Position numbers and translations under genes: made by a program. Shown here piece by piece: positions 51,546-62,844 of a stretch of DNA of 64,000 bases; position 1 is the first letter of the stretch, and every line of letters begins with the position of its first letter. This DNA is from Diplonema japonicum (taxonomy: Eukaryota; Protista; Euglenozoa: Diplonemea), in the NCBI GenBank assembly GCA_964019335.1, contig OZ025755.1, positions 124,001 to 188,000 of the forward strand, in the 5' to 3' direction. The notes under the pieces were generated by a model. That model was given only the letters and a program-made list of their open reading frames with translations. It was not told the DNA's origin and ran no database searches.

Positions 51546-52844
51546 TCAACTTTCAGTTATATTTTCTATGAATCGCAGCATGCTGTCTGCAACCTTGAAA
51601 AACACTTCTGAAGTGTTCACCATCGACATGTCGTCACATGGGGTACCCTCACAGGGGGATCCTAACACAGAAGGAATCAACCCGTAAAACCCAGCCTCCT
51701 CCGCAGTAGGTGTGTGGAAGGGATCGGTCATCAACATGGTGACCGACCCAGCACCCGGTGGAACACCGACAACCCGGTAAGGCTTGGAGAGGAAAGGAAA
51801 CAACAACTCAGAATTCGTGTGGACTTGTTGATAAGTATTTGGGGACGCAATGCTGTGGATATCGATGACATCCTTGGCAAACGGGCGAAGGGTGGAATGC
51901 CCACCCCATGTAAACGTAATTCCCTGTTTAACCTGTCTCTGCGACACCACCCACATAAGGTACATCACCAGCCCAAGACCAGTCGCAGAGTTGGCCCCTC
52001 TGAAGCATCCCCATGCGTTGATACCAATATCCACTCCAGATCCAAATGTAACCGCGGCACCTTGTACAGACTGCCCGACGTTAACCTCGCCCGTAGGGTA
52101 TTTGTTCGCAAGTAATTCAAATCCACCTGAAACAGACGTCCAAAATACTAACCCGGAAAACTCCGCGGGAGGTGTTACGGAGCCGATGACAACGATGACC
52201 CGTACACCGGGTCCTATGATGGTCCCGTTGCATGCTAAGACCGATATTGTTGCGTTGGCATCGCTGTCTAAACAGGTGTGGTATTGGACAGTTGAAACGT
52301 TCACCTCACCTTCTCCTCGAACGTGGCGGAAGAATGTATTCGTTGTGTTGTGAAGGGTGAGGGTGTACTGGTCGTCGGTTGTGTTGTGTGGTTCCAGTAT
52401 CGATACGGAACTGTACGGCACGCCGAACGAGTCGGTGAGGTTGGACACAATGGTCGCGAGGTCCGAAGGGGGGTTGAGGAATAGCTTCGTGAACAGGACA
52501 AGTTGTGTTTTATTTAGTTCGAGCCCTGGTGGGGAGGGTGGGGAAATGGTTGGTGCGCTTGTTGTTGGTGAACCTGTGGGTGGTGGTTCACAGTTACAAT
52601 CCTCGCCGTCGTCGCATCCCAAAACCGCTCCCAGAATTATCATTACCACCACCATTACAAACACCAGGGCCCCGCACCCTGCCATTGCCCACCTGAACCT
52701 CCACTTCACCATGTGATTCTCGGCAACCACTTCTGCAAATTTCGGGTTTCGCCACAGTTCGGCATTGCTGATCTGAAGGTCCATGGGGGTGAAGGCCTCG
52801 TCTGTGCGCGGGTCGCCTTCGCCTTCTTGCCGTGTGTAGTCCAT
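51546..52844 (-). CDS. Type II membrane protein with a possible degenerate lipase-3 / alpha-beta-hydrolase domain
   Basis: TM WAMAGCGALVFVMVVVMIILGAVLG, Pro/Thr stalk, many N-x-S/T sites; VIVVIGS, ITFTWGGHSTL and IHSIASP. Confidence 0.65.
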   Translation of the reverse strand: MDYTRQEGEGDPRTDEAFTPMDLQISNAELWRNPKFAEVVAENHMVKWRFRWAMAGCGALVFVMVVVMIILGAVLGCDDGEDCNCEPPPTGSPTTSAPTISPPSPPGLELNKTQLVLFTKLFLNPPSDLATIVSNLTDSFGVPYSSVSILEPHNTTDDQYTLTLHNTTNTFFRHVRGEGEVNVSTVQYHTCLDSDANATISVLACNGTIIGPGVRVIVVIGSVTPPAEFSGLVFWTSVSGGFELLANKYPTGEVNVGQSVQGAAVTFGSGVDIGINAWGCFRGANSATGLGLVMYLMWVVSQRQVKQGITFTWGGHSTLRPFAKDVIDIHSIASPNTYQQVHTNSELLFPFLSKPYRVVGVPPGAGSVTMLMTDPFHTPTAEEAGFYGLIPSVLGSPCEGTPCDDMSMVNTSEVFFKVADSMLRFIENITES

Positions 52845-54933
52845 TTTGTTTGTGTTTTTTTTTTTTAAAAAAAGACCCCCCTACCGCTTACATCCCCCTT
52901 TTTTTTAATATAAATATTGGGAGTTCCCCCCCCCCGTTTTGGAAAACGAAAAAATGAGGGGGAAAGTTGAAATGTGTGTGGAGGGGGGGGGAGAGAGAAG
53001 ACAGAGAGGGAAGGGGGGGAGGGGAGGGCCTACAACTCGAAAAAAAACTATTTTTTTTTCCAATTTTTTTTTCTCTTCATCTTTCTCTCTTTTTCTTCTC
53101 CCTCCCCACTGGTACTGTCACCCTTTTTTTTTTGTATCACCTGACACGCATTGGCAGGGGTAACATAAGGGGGGGGGGTAAAAAATAAAAAATGTTTGTG
53201 GGGGAGAGGAGAGGGATGCACAATACACATGAATCCGGGTCGCATCGGCAGGTGCCAGCACGAACGGATTTGAAAATAAAAAATAAAAAAAAGAAGGGGG
53301 AAAAAAAAAAGGGAAATGCATCCACCACAGGATCCCCCCAGAACCAGAGAATACGAAACTACAATGGGTGGGTGGGATAAAAAAAAATCTTTCTGTAGAT
53401 AAGATAAAAAAAGGAAAAAGAGGAGAGAGAGCTAAGAAGAAAGAAAAAAAGGGAGGGTAGTTTTTTACTGCTCTGCCTCTTTATGGCTTATCTTCCTATT
53501 TTTAAATCATAAACCCAATCATATGGGGTTCAGGCCAGTTGTCAGGGCGCATGAGCCAGTGTGCTGGGTGAGGGGGCACTGCTGTAAAAAAAAAAACAAA
53601 AAAAAAAATAAAAACACACAAAGAGAGGAATAGTACCAAAACTATCCTACAAAAAAAAATTCGGTTTTTTTTTTTTTTTTGGTTTTGCTATTTTCTTCTT
53701 TTTGATCTTTTGAAAAAGGGTGGGAGGAGGGAGGGGAAAAGAAAAAGAAAAGAAAAAGGTGAGGAGATATGGCATGAAGGGAAAAAAAAAAAAGGGAACA
53801 GATTGGGGGAGGGGGAAGGAGGGGAAGAGAAGGAAAGAGAGGAAAAACCCTAAGTTTGTATTTTTTTCACGGGCCTTTATTAAAGAACCGAACGTAGGGA
53901 ATTTTACTTCATTTTCCTTTTCCTTCCCCCCTCCCTTTAGAAGTTTTCTTTTTTGTTCGCACTTTTTTTTTTGTTTTGTTTCTTCTTCTTTTTTTTTTTT
54001 TTGCAACCTTCCCCTTTTCTGTCTCTCTATCTCTTTGTTCGTGCTTCTGAAGACTTTTCCTTAAAATTGTCTTTTTCTTTCTTCTATTTCTTCCCTTGTT
54101 TTTTTTTTGGGGGGTAGAAATAGGAATAGGTTTAAAAGAAATACTCTGGGAGGAAGGGGAGTGTCCCCCCTCCTATTGATCCACCAAAAATAAATATAAT
54201 GTTTCCTTTCAACCCCCCCACCACCACCTAGTCGCCAAGAGAAACTACAATTGTGTTGCTTGGGTAACTCATGCTTTTCGGTGGCGACGGGGTGGGAAAG
54301 AAAGTGAAAGAAAAAAGGGGGAAACCAGAGTTATAAAGTCAGAGGATATGGGAACTATAAAAAAAAAATGGGGGGGGAACAAAAGAAAATGAGAAAAATA
54401 CCAGAAAGCTGTGGGGGGGGGGGGGGGGAAGAAAAAGAATGACGGGGGGGGTGAAAGGAGTAACAGATGAAAAAAAAACTACTTTTTCTCCCTCTGTTTC
54501 TGATTCTTTTTTCTTTTTCGGGGGTTTTTTTTTTGTTTTTTCCCCCCCCTCCCACTGTGTTTGTTCTTTTATAAAACAGAAAAGAAAGGGGTGTTTTTCA
54601 TTTGGGTATTTTTTTTTTGTTCTTTTTTTTTTTTGCAACTGTTCGTCTCGCCAGGATGAGTAATAAAAAAAAGCAAAAGGGAAAAAAAAAAAAAAAAAAA
54701 AAGAAGTGGGGAGTAAAAAAGCAATAGGCGGGGAAGGGTGGGGGAAGTGAACATAAAATAAATACAAAACAGCAGATTACGGTAGTGGATCGTTGTTATC
54801 ATTTTTTTTTTAAAAACACTTTTTCAATTCGAGTCACCTCCCTATATTTAGACCAATGTTGCAAAAAAAAAAAAAATTCTTTTTTAATTGCCTCCAAAGC
54901 ACTTTCACAACGGGGTCTCGATTATCGGGAACT

Positions 54934-54964
<31 letters not shown>

Positions 54965-55145
54965 CCCACTCGAAAATCCTAAAAAGTGTATTTAAAAAAA
55001 AAAATAAAAACAACACAAAGTCACTACTTATTCTTTTCAAGAATAGGCGAGTTATTATTATTATTTTTTTTTTTTTCCCGTTCGTGCAACAGTTACAATT
55101 TTTTTTTCTTCTTTTTTCCCCCCCCCCTTCTCAATTCCCTCCATC

Positions 55146-56723
55146 TCAGTGGTTTGTGTTCCACACCGACATTCTATAATGCCCGCCACACGTTTCCCCA
55201 GCATTCCCAGAGCACGGCAGAGTACATTCCGCCTCAGGCGCGGTCGTGGTGGTCGCCAAATCAGCGTCCCCACCACAGTAGCATTCATACCCGAACTGCA
55301 GACCAGCGTATTTAAACCCATTGTGCCCACAAACATTCACACATTTCTCAACATCATTTGTCGGGTCATAGTAACCGATATAATCAAACACGCGTGCTCT
55401 GTTGTCGATGTAACAACCAAGGTAGGTACCGGTCGGGACGGGGGCAAGATCGGCTTTACTGAAAACCTCCATTGCCCATGGTCCACCACAGTTGTTTAAA
55501 GGGTTTGCGGCGCACGGCATGTTGCAATCCTCGACCTTCAGCTTCTCTGTGTCGTCCATCTCGTTCCCACACCAACACTCATCCGTGAACTGTGTCCCGG
55601 CAAACGCGTAACCAGCGTCAAAACAAGCGTTTATACACCTTTCCACATCGTTATCGTTACCTTTGTAAATTTCAATCTCGAATATCCTCGCATCCTCATA
55701 ATCCCTGAAACATCCAATCGGTTCCCTGAACTGCATAGGTGCGGGCGGATCCGTTGGATCAGCAGACCAATCAACCGCGAGAATCGTCAAGCCATCGTCA
55801 CCTGTAACATATACAGATTCCTGGTAGATCTCCAACCCTGTGGGGAACGACGAGAACGCGTACTTGTTCAAGAAATTGGGCGTCGCCACCACCGTGATGT
55901 CGTACACCTGCAGCTCGATGGCGAAGGGGAAGAGACTGACACTGATCATGTACAAATGGTGTCCTTGAGTCTTCATTCTGATGGGATTTCCCAAAGCAAG
56001 CACTGGGGGTGGTATTGTCGGTGCCCCGCTTGCCAAATCAAACACGTACAAACCCTGTTTGTTTTCGCCGACATATAAAGTTGAATCTTTCAACACCACT
56101 GCGTAAGAGGTAGTCACGGAACCAGCAATATGTGTCGCCGTGGGTGCAGACGGTGTGCTGACATCGAACATGCACAATAGAACGGTTTGACACGCCGCGT
56201 AAACAACGTTGTTTCTTTTGACAAGCTGGTTAACGGCACCTCCACCGGGGACAGCAACCTCCCCTTCAAAGACGGGTTCGCCTGGTGTTGCCAGATTGTA
56301 TACAGCAAAGGTAGTTTGATCTTTACCAACATATGCGAAGTGGTCCTGAACAAGAAGACTTGTGAATTCGTTTCCTGTTATGGTAGCGGATCGAATGATA
56401 AAGGCTGGGGTGCCGATGTTCATCACGTAGAAGCCGGAGTTGGAGACAACGTAAGCGTGGTTGCCCACAACCCGCATTTCCTGGATGGCACCGTCATCGA
56501 AATCGTGTGTTCCTAGGAGGTTGCCTTCCCCATCGTACACCCAGATGGCGGCAGCGCCGCTTGAGCCCTTTGTCGAACACACGAAGATCCTTCCGCCGAA
56601 CCTCTCCACCCTCTGGCCGGTGTGGTCGGAATACATATCAGGTTTGTACGGCCCTCCCGATATCACAGGATCAGCCGCCATGGCGATTGTCACCATCACG
56701 CCTATCACTGCATGTTTTAACAT
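55146..56723 (-). CDS. Secreted LVIVD-repeat beta-propeller + two WSC domains
   Basis: Signal peptide; VVGNHAYVV..GFYVMNI and STLYVGENKQGLYVFDL repeats; IGCFRD..C..AC...GY.FAGTQFTDECWCG..C.MPC....CGG occurring twice. Confidence 0.9.
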   Translation of the reverse strand: MLKHAVIGVMVTIAMAADPVISGGPYKPDMYSDHTGQRVERFGGRIFVCSTKGSSGAAAIWVYDGEGNLLGTHDFDDGAIQEMRVVGNHAYVVSNSGFYVMNIGTPAFIIRSATITGNEFTSLLVQDHFAYVGKDQTTFAVYNLATPGEPVFEGEVAVPGGGAVNQLVKRNNVVYAACQTVLLCMFDVSTPSAPTATHIAGSVTTSYAVVLKDSTLYVGENKQGLYVFDLASGAPTIPPPVLALGNPIRMKTQGHHLYMISVSLFPFAIELQVYDITVVATPNFLNKYAFSSFPTGLEIYQESVYVTGDDGLTILAVDWSADPTDPPAPMQFREPIGCFRDYEDARIFEIEIYKGNDNDVERCINACFDAGYAFAGTQFTDECWCGNEMDDTEKLKVEDCNMPCAANPLNNCGGPWAMEVFSKADLAPVPTGTYLGCYIDNRARVFDYIGYYDPTNDVEKCVNVCGHNGFKYAGLQFGYECYCGGDADLATTTTAPEAECTLPCSGNAGETCGGHYRMSVWNTNH

Positions 56724-56962
56724 TTTTTTTTCTTTAAAAAAAAGAACGCTGTGGGATGGTTTTTTTTTATTTTTTTTTTTTTTTTATTTAGAGAATATTG
56801 GGTGATTTTTTTTTTTAAATAAAAAATTGTATGTACAACCGCCGAGTAGTAATATTTTTTTTATAAAAAAAAAAAAAAGAAAAAAAAAAAAAACTCCCTT
56901 CCGGAAGGAGGGAGAGAGAGAGAGTGAGAGGGGGGAAAAAAAAAAAGAGAGAAAAAAGAAAA

Positions 56963-59900
56963 TCATTGATAACTATTCCCATTGAATCCGGCACGTGTTG
57001 CCTGGTACCTCGCAAGGGATGTCTCGGCATCGGTGAGCCCTGTTTCGGGGTTGTAATGATAAGGGAAGGAAGACAAGGACCGTGTGGGGATGGGGATCTT
57101 CACGTATCTGGAAGGGTCCACCAACCCAAGGAGGCTGTGGTGTGTGAAGCACGCAGTGCACAGGTCGTACTCTGGATCGTCGAGCGAGTTGTGCCTGTAG
57201 TCCCTTATGTACTGCGATTGGCATCCATCACAGAAATATCCCTTTACCACCGCAGGCATTGCAGTGCTCTTCTTCGCAGAAACACGGGTTGGAGCGGGGC
57301 CCAAGGACTTCTCTGTTTTCATCTCTTTGCTCACCTCCCTCAAAATCTTGCTCACCATATCCTGCGGGGGCACTGCTGTGGGTTCCTTTTCCTTTTCCGC
57401 GGTTTTTATCAAATTATCCACCTCCCTCTTCAAGGGAACACTGCTCGGAAGAGACATCCGTAGGGACCCTAGCCGGGTGGTTGGGTTCACAACCCGGGGT
57501 TTGGGGGTGTGTGCAGGGGTCGGGGTCGGGGTTGGTGTTGAAATTTCCTTTTCTTCCGTTTCTTCTTTTTTTGGCACCGGTGGTGTTGGGGCTTCCTTCT
57601 CTTCATCTGAAACCTGGTCTGCCTCCTCCACCACGCTCTCTGGGATGTCTTCCTTGTCTTCCTCTTCCGCGGCTTCTTCTTTTTCTTTTTCTTTTTCTTT
57701 TTCCTGTTCTTTTTCCTTCTCCAACCTTGCAACCTCCTCCCTGTCCTCTTCCATCTGCTTCCTCAGCTCTTCTATCGCAGACTTCACCTCCCCGATTTGT
57801 TCCTCTAAGACCTCCTCGTCCTGATTTGTCGTCACGGGAACGGTTTCGGTGTGAGCATGCCCGCTTCTACTGTAAACCTCTGCGGGTCGAGAGGAAAGGA
57901 CGGTGTTGTTGTTTGACAGCCCTGTGAAGCGGCCAACAGGAGGCGATACACGTACGGGTGGGGCGGGGACCGTCTGTTCTCGAATGTCTGTTGAGGTAAG
58001 ATGCTCAAGACTGATCATATCGACAATGTTCTGAGGGTAGACGACGGACTGCTGGTCAGAATGAACGGTAGAGGTCGGGTTCGACACGGTCTCCCAGTAC
58101 ATCCTCTGCAGGACTCTGTCGCAGGACAGCCGCGACGCAACATCGGTGTCGAAGACCAGTGTTTCCGTCCCGAAACACTCCGCGTAGAAAGAACATGAGA
58201 TCTCGCCAACGACCTCGTTGCCTATGCGTCGGAGCGTGAAGTATTTCTCAGGAGTTTCCAAGCGTCTGGGGAACTTTCGGATGTCCTCTTCAAACCACCC
58301 TAGAGGCCCGTTCCTGCCTTCCTCGTGGACCTCCACACGGAGGTACGGGTTTCTGTTTGGATAGAACGCATCCCTACCATGATCGTCAAACCCGAATTTT
58401 ATCTGCGAGTTGAACTGCGGTGCGACAGGATGTTTCTTTTTATCGGTTGTCAGGCAATGTCCTGATAGCGTGACGGATACCCATGTGATTCTGTTTGATA
58501 TTTTTCGAACCTCACCGTCGCCGCAAGACAGGTTTTTGCACGACAGGATGTTGACGGTTAGCCGGGGGGCAGTTGCAAGGGCATCGCCGTACTTTCTAAC
58601 CCTAATGCGGGATTTTTCCCGTTCTGCTCGTTGCAGTTCCAGTTTGATCAGGCTTTTACGAGCTTCAAAGACCTGTTGGCACAAGGTGCTGTCTAGCCAT
58701 TTGCCTCGTTGTGCTAATTCCATTTTCATGGCATCAGAGATCCGCGAGAGTATCACCGGTTGGTCGTTTAAAACGTCGATCTCGGCCTTCTGGTGTTGGT
58801 TTTTGAGCTTCCGCGAGCCTTGCACGAAGGCGGAGAAACCCCAGTTTCCTCTTGTGAAGACGTCGTGGACAAGCTGGTGTTCATCGTTGTCCATGCCGAG
58901 ATCGCGTTCCTCGTTGTACAACCCGTGGCGCAGGCATAACATCACGTTTTCACACGGGTTGGTTTGAACAGCAGTGTCCAATGTATTCAGAAGATTCTGC
59001 ATTTCGATCGATATTTTTTTTTTCATCTGTTCCCTCGCTTTTTTAGTGGCGGAGTTGTACCGTACCCACGTCGGGAGGCCGCGGAGCGTGAGTTCGACCC
59101 CGGACACCATCAACCCTATTAGGTCCCCGATTTTGTAGTATTTAGCGATGTACGGGAACTGTTTGTAAAGCGGGTAGAACGTGAAAAGGTATCCCATGGT
59201 TATTGTCGAAAAATAGTGGAGGATCGGGGTTAAGATGAGGGACAGCAAGTCGCCGAGGTACGGGACGGCGAGGACGGCCGAGACCGAGAAGAGGGTCAGT
59301 GTAATGAGAAAAGCGTGTTTCTTATGCTTCCACATGACGACGCTGTTGAGATCGTCCAGCGTTGAGACAACCTTCCCCGTCGCTTCTTGGATCTCGGATC
59401 CCATTCTCTTAAGCCTGGTCAGCAACCATTCATTGTTGTCATCCACCGTTTGACTCTGCGACGCGGATCCACCAATGTTTGTCTCACCACTGTCATCGAT
59501 ATTGGTGACCATCTCGTATGTAGGTGGTCCTGCCGGGCCCCATCTCCACCATAAATACCAGTTTCGGAGCATGGCTACCCCGAGAGCGAATGGTATGAAC
59601 GGGATCAGCAGATCTTTCTTGACAAGATACATTGCAAGAAGCATGGCGAGGAATGATTCGGGTGGGTTGTCCCACGAGACCACTCCGTTCAGAAAATCGA
59701 GCGGTCCGAGAAACGACTTCACTCTCTTCTTGATCCTGTCGATGTTCGACTGTAGAACCTCCAACGAGAACTCTTCAACGCTGGCATCACGCGTCTTCGA
59801 TTTTAAACTAACTTCGTCTAGTCTTGCTGTTAATAAACCACCGAAATTGCTGTATGTGTAGACCCATCTGACGTGTAGCTTGCCCCTGTCTTCTTGTGTC

Positions 59901-60328
59901 ACACGGTCGTAGAGGTAAACTATGGTTTCCAGTTGGTCGCCAGCAGGGTGTTCGCTTTCAATACCGAGCTGTCGGTGTTTTTTCAGCTTTTCCAGAGCTT
60001 TTTCCCTGCCGAGTGTGTTCTGGTGGTATAGTCTGCTGGAGTGCGTGGCGGTGCCGACCCAGATGTGTCCCTCACACATGTAGTCATGCTCCCCTATGGC
60101 GTCGTGGTCGTAGACCAGAAAAACAAGTTTGTCGCATTCGTTGATGGCCTTGAACTGCATCAGAGAGTTCCACACGGGGTTTAGAGTGCAGGATTTTACC
60201 GTGGTTTGCTTCTCCTGCATGTTACTCGTGCAGCCAAACGTTACTACAACGTAAGGATCCGATGTGCACCAGTCTTTGGCAGGGAGGTCTTCCGCCCTTA
60301 ATACTTCAAGTTGGAGGAACCCGCTCAT
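56963..60328 (-). CDS. C2 - transmembrane (MCTP/PRT_C-like) - C2 - acidic coil - ZZ-type zinc finger protein
   Basis: LQLEVLRAEDLP..SDPYVVV..TLNPVWN..VYDHD; VVSWDNP plus hydrophobic segments; second C2 RLTVNILSCKNL; GYFCDGCQ..YDLCTACF. Confidence 0.87.
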   Translation of the reverse strand: MSGFLQLEVLRAEDLPAKDWCTSDPYVVVTFGCTSNMQEKQTTVKSCTLNPVWNSLMQFKAINECDKLVFLVYDHDAIGEHDYMCEGHIWVGTATHSSRLYHQNTLGREKALEKLKKHRQLGIESEHPAGDQLETIVYLYDRVTQEDRGKLHVRWVYTYSNFGGLLTARLDEVSLKSKTRDASVEEFSLEVLQSNIDRIKKRVKSFLGPLDFLNGVVSWDNPPESFLAMLLAMYLVKKDLLIPFIPFALGVAMLRNWYLWWRWGPAGPPTYEMVTNIDDSGETNIGGSASQSQTVDDNNEWLLTRLKRMGSEIQEATGKVVSTLDDLNSVVMWKHKKHAFLITLTLFSVSAVLAVPYLGDLLSLILTPILHYFSTITMGYLFTFYPLYKQFPYIAKYYKIGDLIGLMVSGVELTLRGLPTWVRYNSATKKAREQMKKKISIEMQNLLNTLDTAVQTNPCENVMLCLRHGLYNEERDLGMDNDEHQLVHDVFTRGNWGFSAFVQGSRKLKNQHQKAEIDVLNDQPVILSRISDAMKMELAQRGKWLDSTLCQQVFEARKSLIKLELQRAEREKSRIRVRKYGDALATAPRLTVNILSCKNLSCGDGEVRKISNRITWVSVTLSGHCLTTDKKKHPVAPQFNSQIKFGFDDHGRDAFYPNRNPYLRVEVHEEGRNGPLGWFEEDIRKFPRRLETPEKYFTLRRIGNEVVGEISCSFYAECFGTETLVFDTDVASRLSCDRVLQRMYWETVSNPTSTVHSDQQSVVYPQNIVDMISLEHLTSTDIREQTVPAPPVRVSPPVGRFTGLSNNNTVLSSRPAEVYSRSGHAHTETVPVTTNQDEEVLEEQIGEVKSAIEELRKQMEEDREEVARLEKEKEQEKEKEKEKEEAAEEEDKEDIPESVVEEADQVSDEEKEAPTPPVPKKEETEEKEISTPTPTPTPAHTPKPRVVNPTTRLGSLRMSLPSSVPLKREVDNLIKTAEKEKEPTAVPPQDMVSKILREVSKEMKTEKSLGPAPTRVSAKKSTAMPAVVKGYFCDGCQSQYIRDYRHNSLDDPEYDLCTACFTHHSLLGLVDPSRYVKIPIPTRSLSSFPYHYNPETGLTDAETSLARYQATRAGFNGNSYQ

Positions 60329-60589
60329 TTTTTTTTTTTCTCCTTTTTTTTTGAATAATAAGAATGAAGAAGAAAAAAAAAAATAGAGGGAGATTATCGA
60401 GGAAATAATAATAATAATAAAATAAAAAAAAAACATGGGAATGTGTTTTTTTTTTTTTTAAACGGAAAGGAAGGGGACCATGTCTCCTGCATCCTCTTTT
60501 TTTCTTCTTTTTTTGTTTTTTTTTTTCACATGGGGGTGAAGCTAGAGTAGTGGGTTTTCGGCTTAAAAAAAAAAAGAAGAAGAGAAAAA

Positions 60590-60677
60590 AAAACTAGTTT
60601 GGCGCTTCATTTGTTTGTGCGCACGAGCGGGATTTTACCTAATAAAATAGCTCATTACGCTGCCATCAACTAGTTTT
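60590..60677. repeat. ~88-bp palindromic dispersed repeat, copy 2
   Basis: Near-identical to 8171-8258. Confidence 0.8.
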
Positions 60678-60981
60678 TAGTCTCGACAATAAACAGTAAA
60701 AAAAGGGGAAAATCGGTGGCTTTGAATCCTCTTCCAGAGCACCCGATTTTCCTCACACACACACATATTTCTACTCTCCTTTTTTTTTGACCTGCTTTAC
60801 CACTTTCCCCCCCCCCCCCCCCCCCCCTCTGCAATTTTTTCTTTCTTTTTTCTTTTTCGGACAGTTTAGAATAGAGAACCCAATAACGTGGCATTCTTAA
60901 AGCGAATCGTACCAACAAAAAAAAAAAAGTTCTCCTTTTTTTTAATTCTCTTTTTCTTTTTTTTTTCTTTTGTTCTTCATT

Positions 60982-61521
60982 CTAGAAGATGGAGAGGCCA
61001 GCACAGCATGGGGTGAAGCGAAGAGAGGAGACGACGGCGGAGCCAACGAGGAGGAGCATCGCGAGGTTGAACCAGATGCCCCTCATCCTGCCGACGGGGC
61101 CGTTCTTGCGGTAGCCACCACAGTAGAGCTCCCTCCCAACGATGTAGGCGACCGCGTTGGTGACAGTCCACACGGGGAAGTTCAGCCCAGAGACGAGAAT
61201 GGTGAGAACGATCCCTGTGAGGCCTTCCACGTAGTTCCCGTGGGCCCTCTGGCAAGATGCGTACTCCAGCCACTCCTTGTAGGACAGTTTGGCACAGTGC
61301 CTGCCGTCCCCCATGTCGGGGTAGGCACCCTTTGGGATGTCCATCCCGTACTTCTCTTTGAACATCTTGTTCTCCTCCTTGAGGTTCTTCTCAACCCACT
61401 CCTTGTTCATGACTCTGCTGCGTCCCACACGGGCCCCTTGCGTAAAGCAGTGGAAGGTCACCGCAACTGCACTCAGCATCACGTACCCGTAGTCGGCAGG
61501 AAGGGTGTAGGTCACTGACAT
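60982..61521 (-). CDS. MAPEG family protein (microsomal glutathione S-transferase 3-like)
   Basis: LPADYGYVML, YPDMGDGR, QRAHGNYVE, GRELYCGGY..GP.GR.RG; hydrophobic helices. Confidence 0.92.
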   Translation of the reverse strand: MSVTYTLPADYGYVMLSAVAVTFHCFTQGARVGRSRVMNKEWVEKNLKEENKMFKEKYGMDIPKGAYPDMGDGRHCAKLSYKEWLEYASCQRAHGNYVEGLTGIVLTILVSGLNFPVWTVTNAVAYIVGRELYCGGYRKNGPVGRMRGIWFNLAMLLLVGSAVVSSLRFTPCCAGLSIF

Positions 61522-61724
61522 TTTTTTTTTTTTTTTTAAACCTGTCGTGTCTTAAGGAAAATTGTGAAAAGTGCTTTACAGAACAAAGTGGGGGGGGGGA
61601 AAAAATACGTTTTTAAAAGGGTTTTGCTGTCGTTATATTTATTTTTTCTTCTTTCTTCGAAGGGTAGCAAAGGAAAGAAAAAAAATGGAAAAGGCGCAAT
61701 AACGTCTCTTTTCTTCTTTTTTTT

Positions 61725-62825
61725 TCTCCGAGCCCTGTGCCCCCCACCCACCCCCGAAGAATTCCAAAGCCCTGGGAAAAGCTTTAAAAAAATGGATTCT
61801 TTGGGTTCTCGGCCTTGCAGGTGGCGCTGCGGGCCCGGAAGAAAGACCCCCAACCCAAAATAACGTAGGATCAGGGGGGGGTTTGCTACAGGCTTCCCCA
61901 AGCCCCACAGGCGAGCGCGGCCCGCCGACCCTGCAGAGGCTAACCCAAGCCCCGTACCCCTAAGATCACCCCAATATATGCGGAAGATGACCACGCCCTG
62001 CCGACCCTGCAGAGGCTTCCCCGAGCCCTGTACCCCCACATACCCCCCCTAAGAATTCCAAAGCCCTAGGAAAAGCTTTAAAAAAATGGATTCCTTGGGT
62101 TCTCGGCCTTGCAGGTGGCGCTGCGAGTCCGGATAAAAGACCCCCAACCCAAAATAACGTAGGATCAGGGGGGGGGGGGGGGGGGGGGTTTGCTACAGGC
62201 TTCCCCAAGCCCCACAGGCGGGCGTGGCCCTGCCGACCCTGCAGAGGCTTACCCAAGCCCTGTACCCCTAAGATCACCCCCTTTTTGCGGAAAATCACCC
62301 CTTTTTGCGGAAAATCACCCCCTATATGCGGAAGATGACCACGCCCTGCTGACCCTGTGGGCGGGCGTGGCCCTGCCGGCCCTGCGGAGGCTTCCCCGAG
62401 CCCCGTGGCTCGGAGGCTACCCCGAGCCCTGTACCCCCACCCCCGAAGAATTCCAAAGCCCTGGGAAAAGCTTTAAAAAAATGGATTCTTTGGGTTCTCG
62501 GCCTTGCAGGTGGCGCTGCGAGTCCGGATAAAAGACCCCCAACCCAAAATAACGTAGGATCAGGGGGGTTTGCTACAGGCTTCCCCAAGCCCCACAGGCG
62601 GGCGCGGCCCTGCCGACCCTGCAGAGGCTTACCCAAGCCCCTGTATACCGGGAGATCCCAAACCCATGCGAAAGCAGAAAAGAAAAAAAATAAAAATAAA
62701 AAAAATGAACTTTCTGGGCTCTCGGCTCTGTACATGGCGCTGCGGGTCCAGAGGAACCCCAGAAAAACGTAGAATCAGGAGTTTGGCTTCCCCAAGCCCC
62801 ACAGGCGGGCGTGGCCATGCGAAAG
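61725..62825. repeat. Complex tandem repeat (three full ~300-390-bp units plus degenerate ones)
   Basis: AAGAATTCCAAAGCCCT.GGAAAAGCTTTAAAAAAATGGATTC..GGTTCTCGGCCTTGCAGGTGGCGCTGCG near 61756, 62051 and 62446; degenerate copies near 62700 and 63430. Confidence 0.9.
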
Positions 62826-62844
62826 CAAAAAAAAAAAAAAAAAA

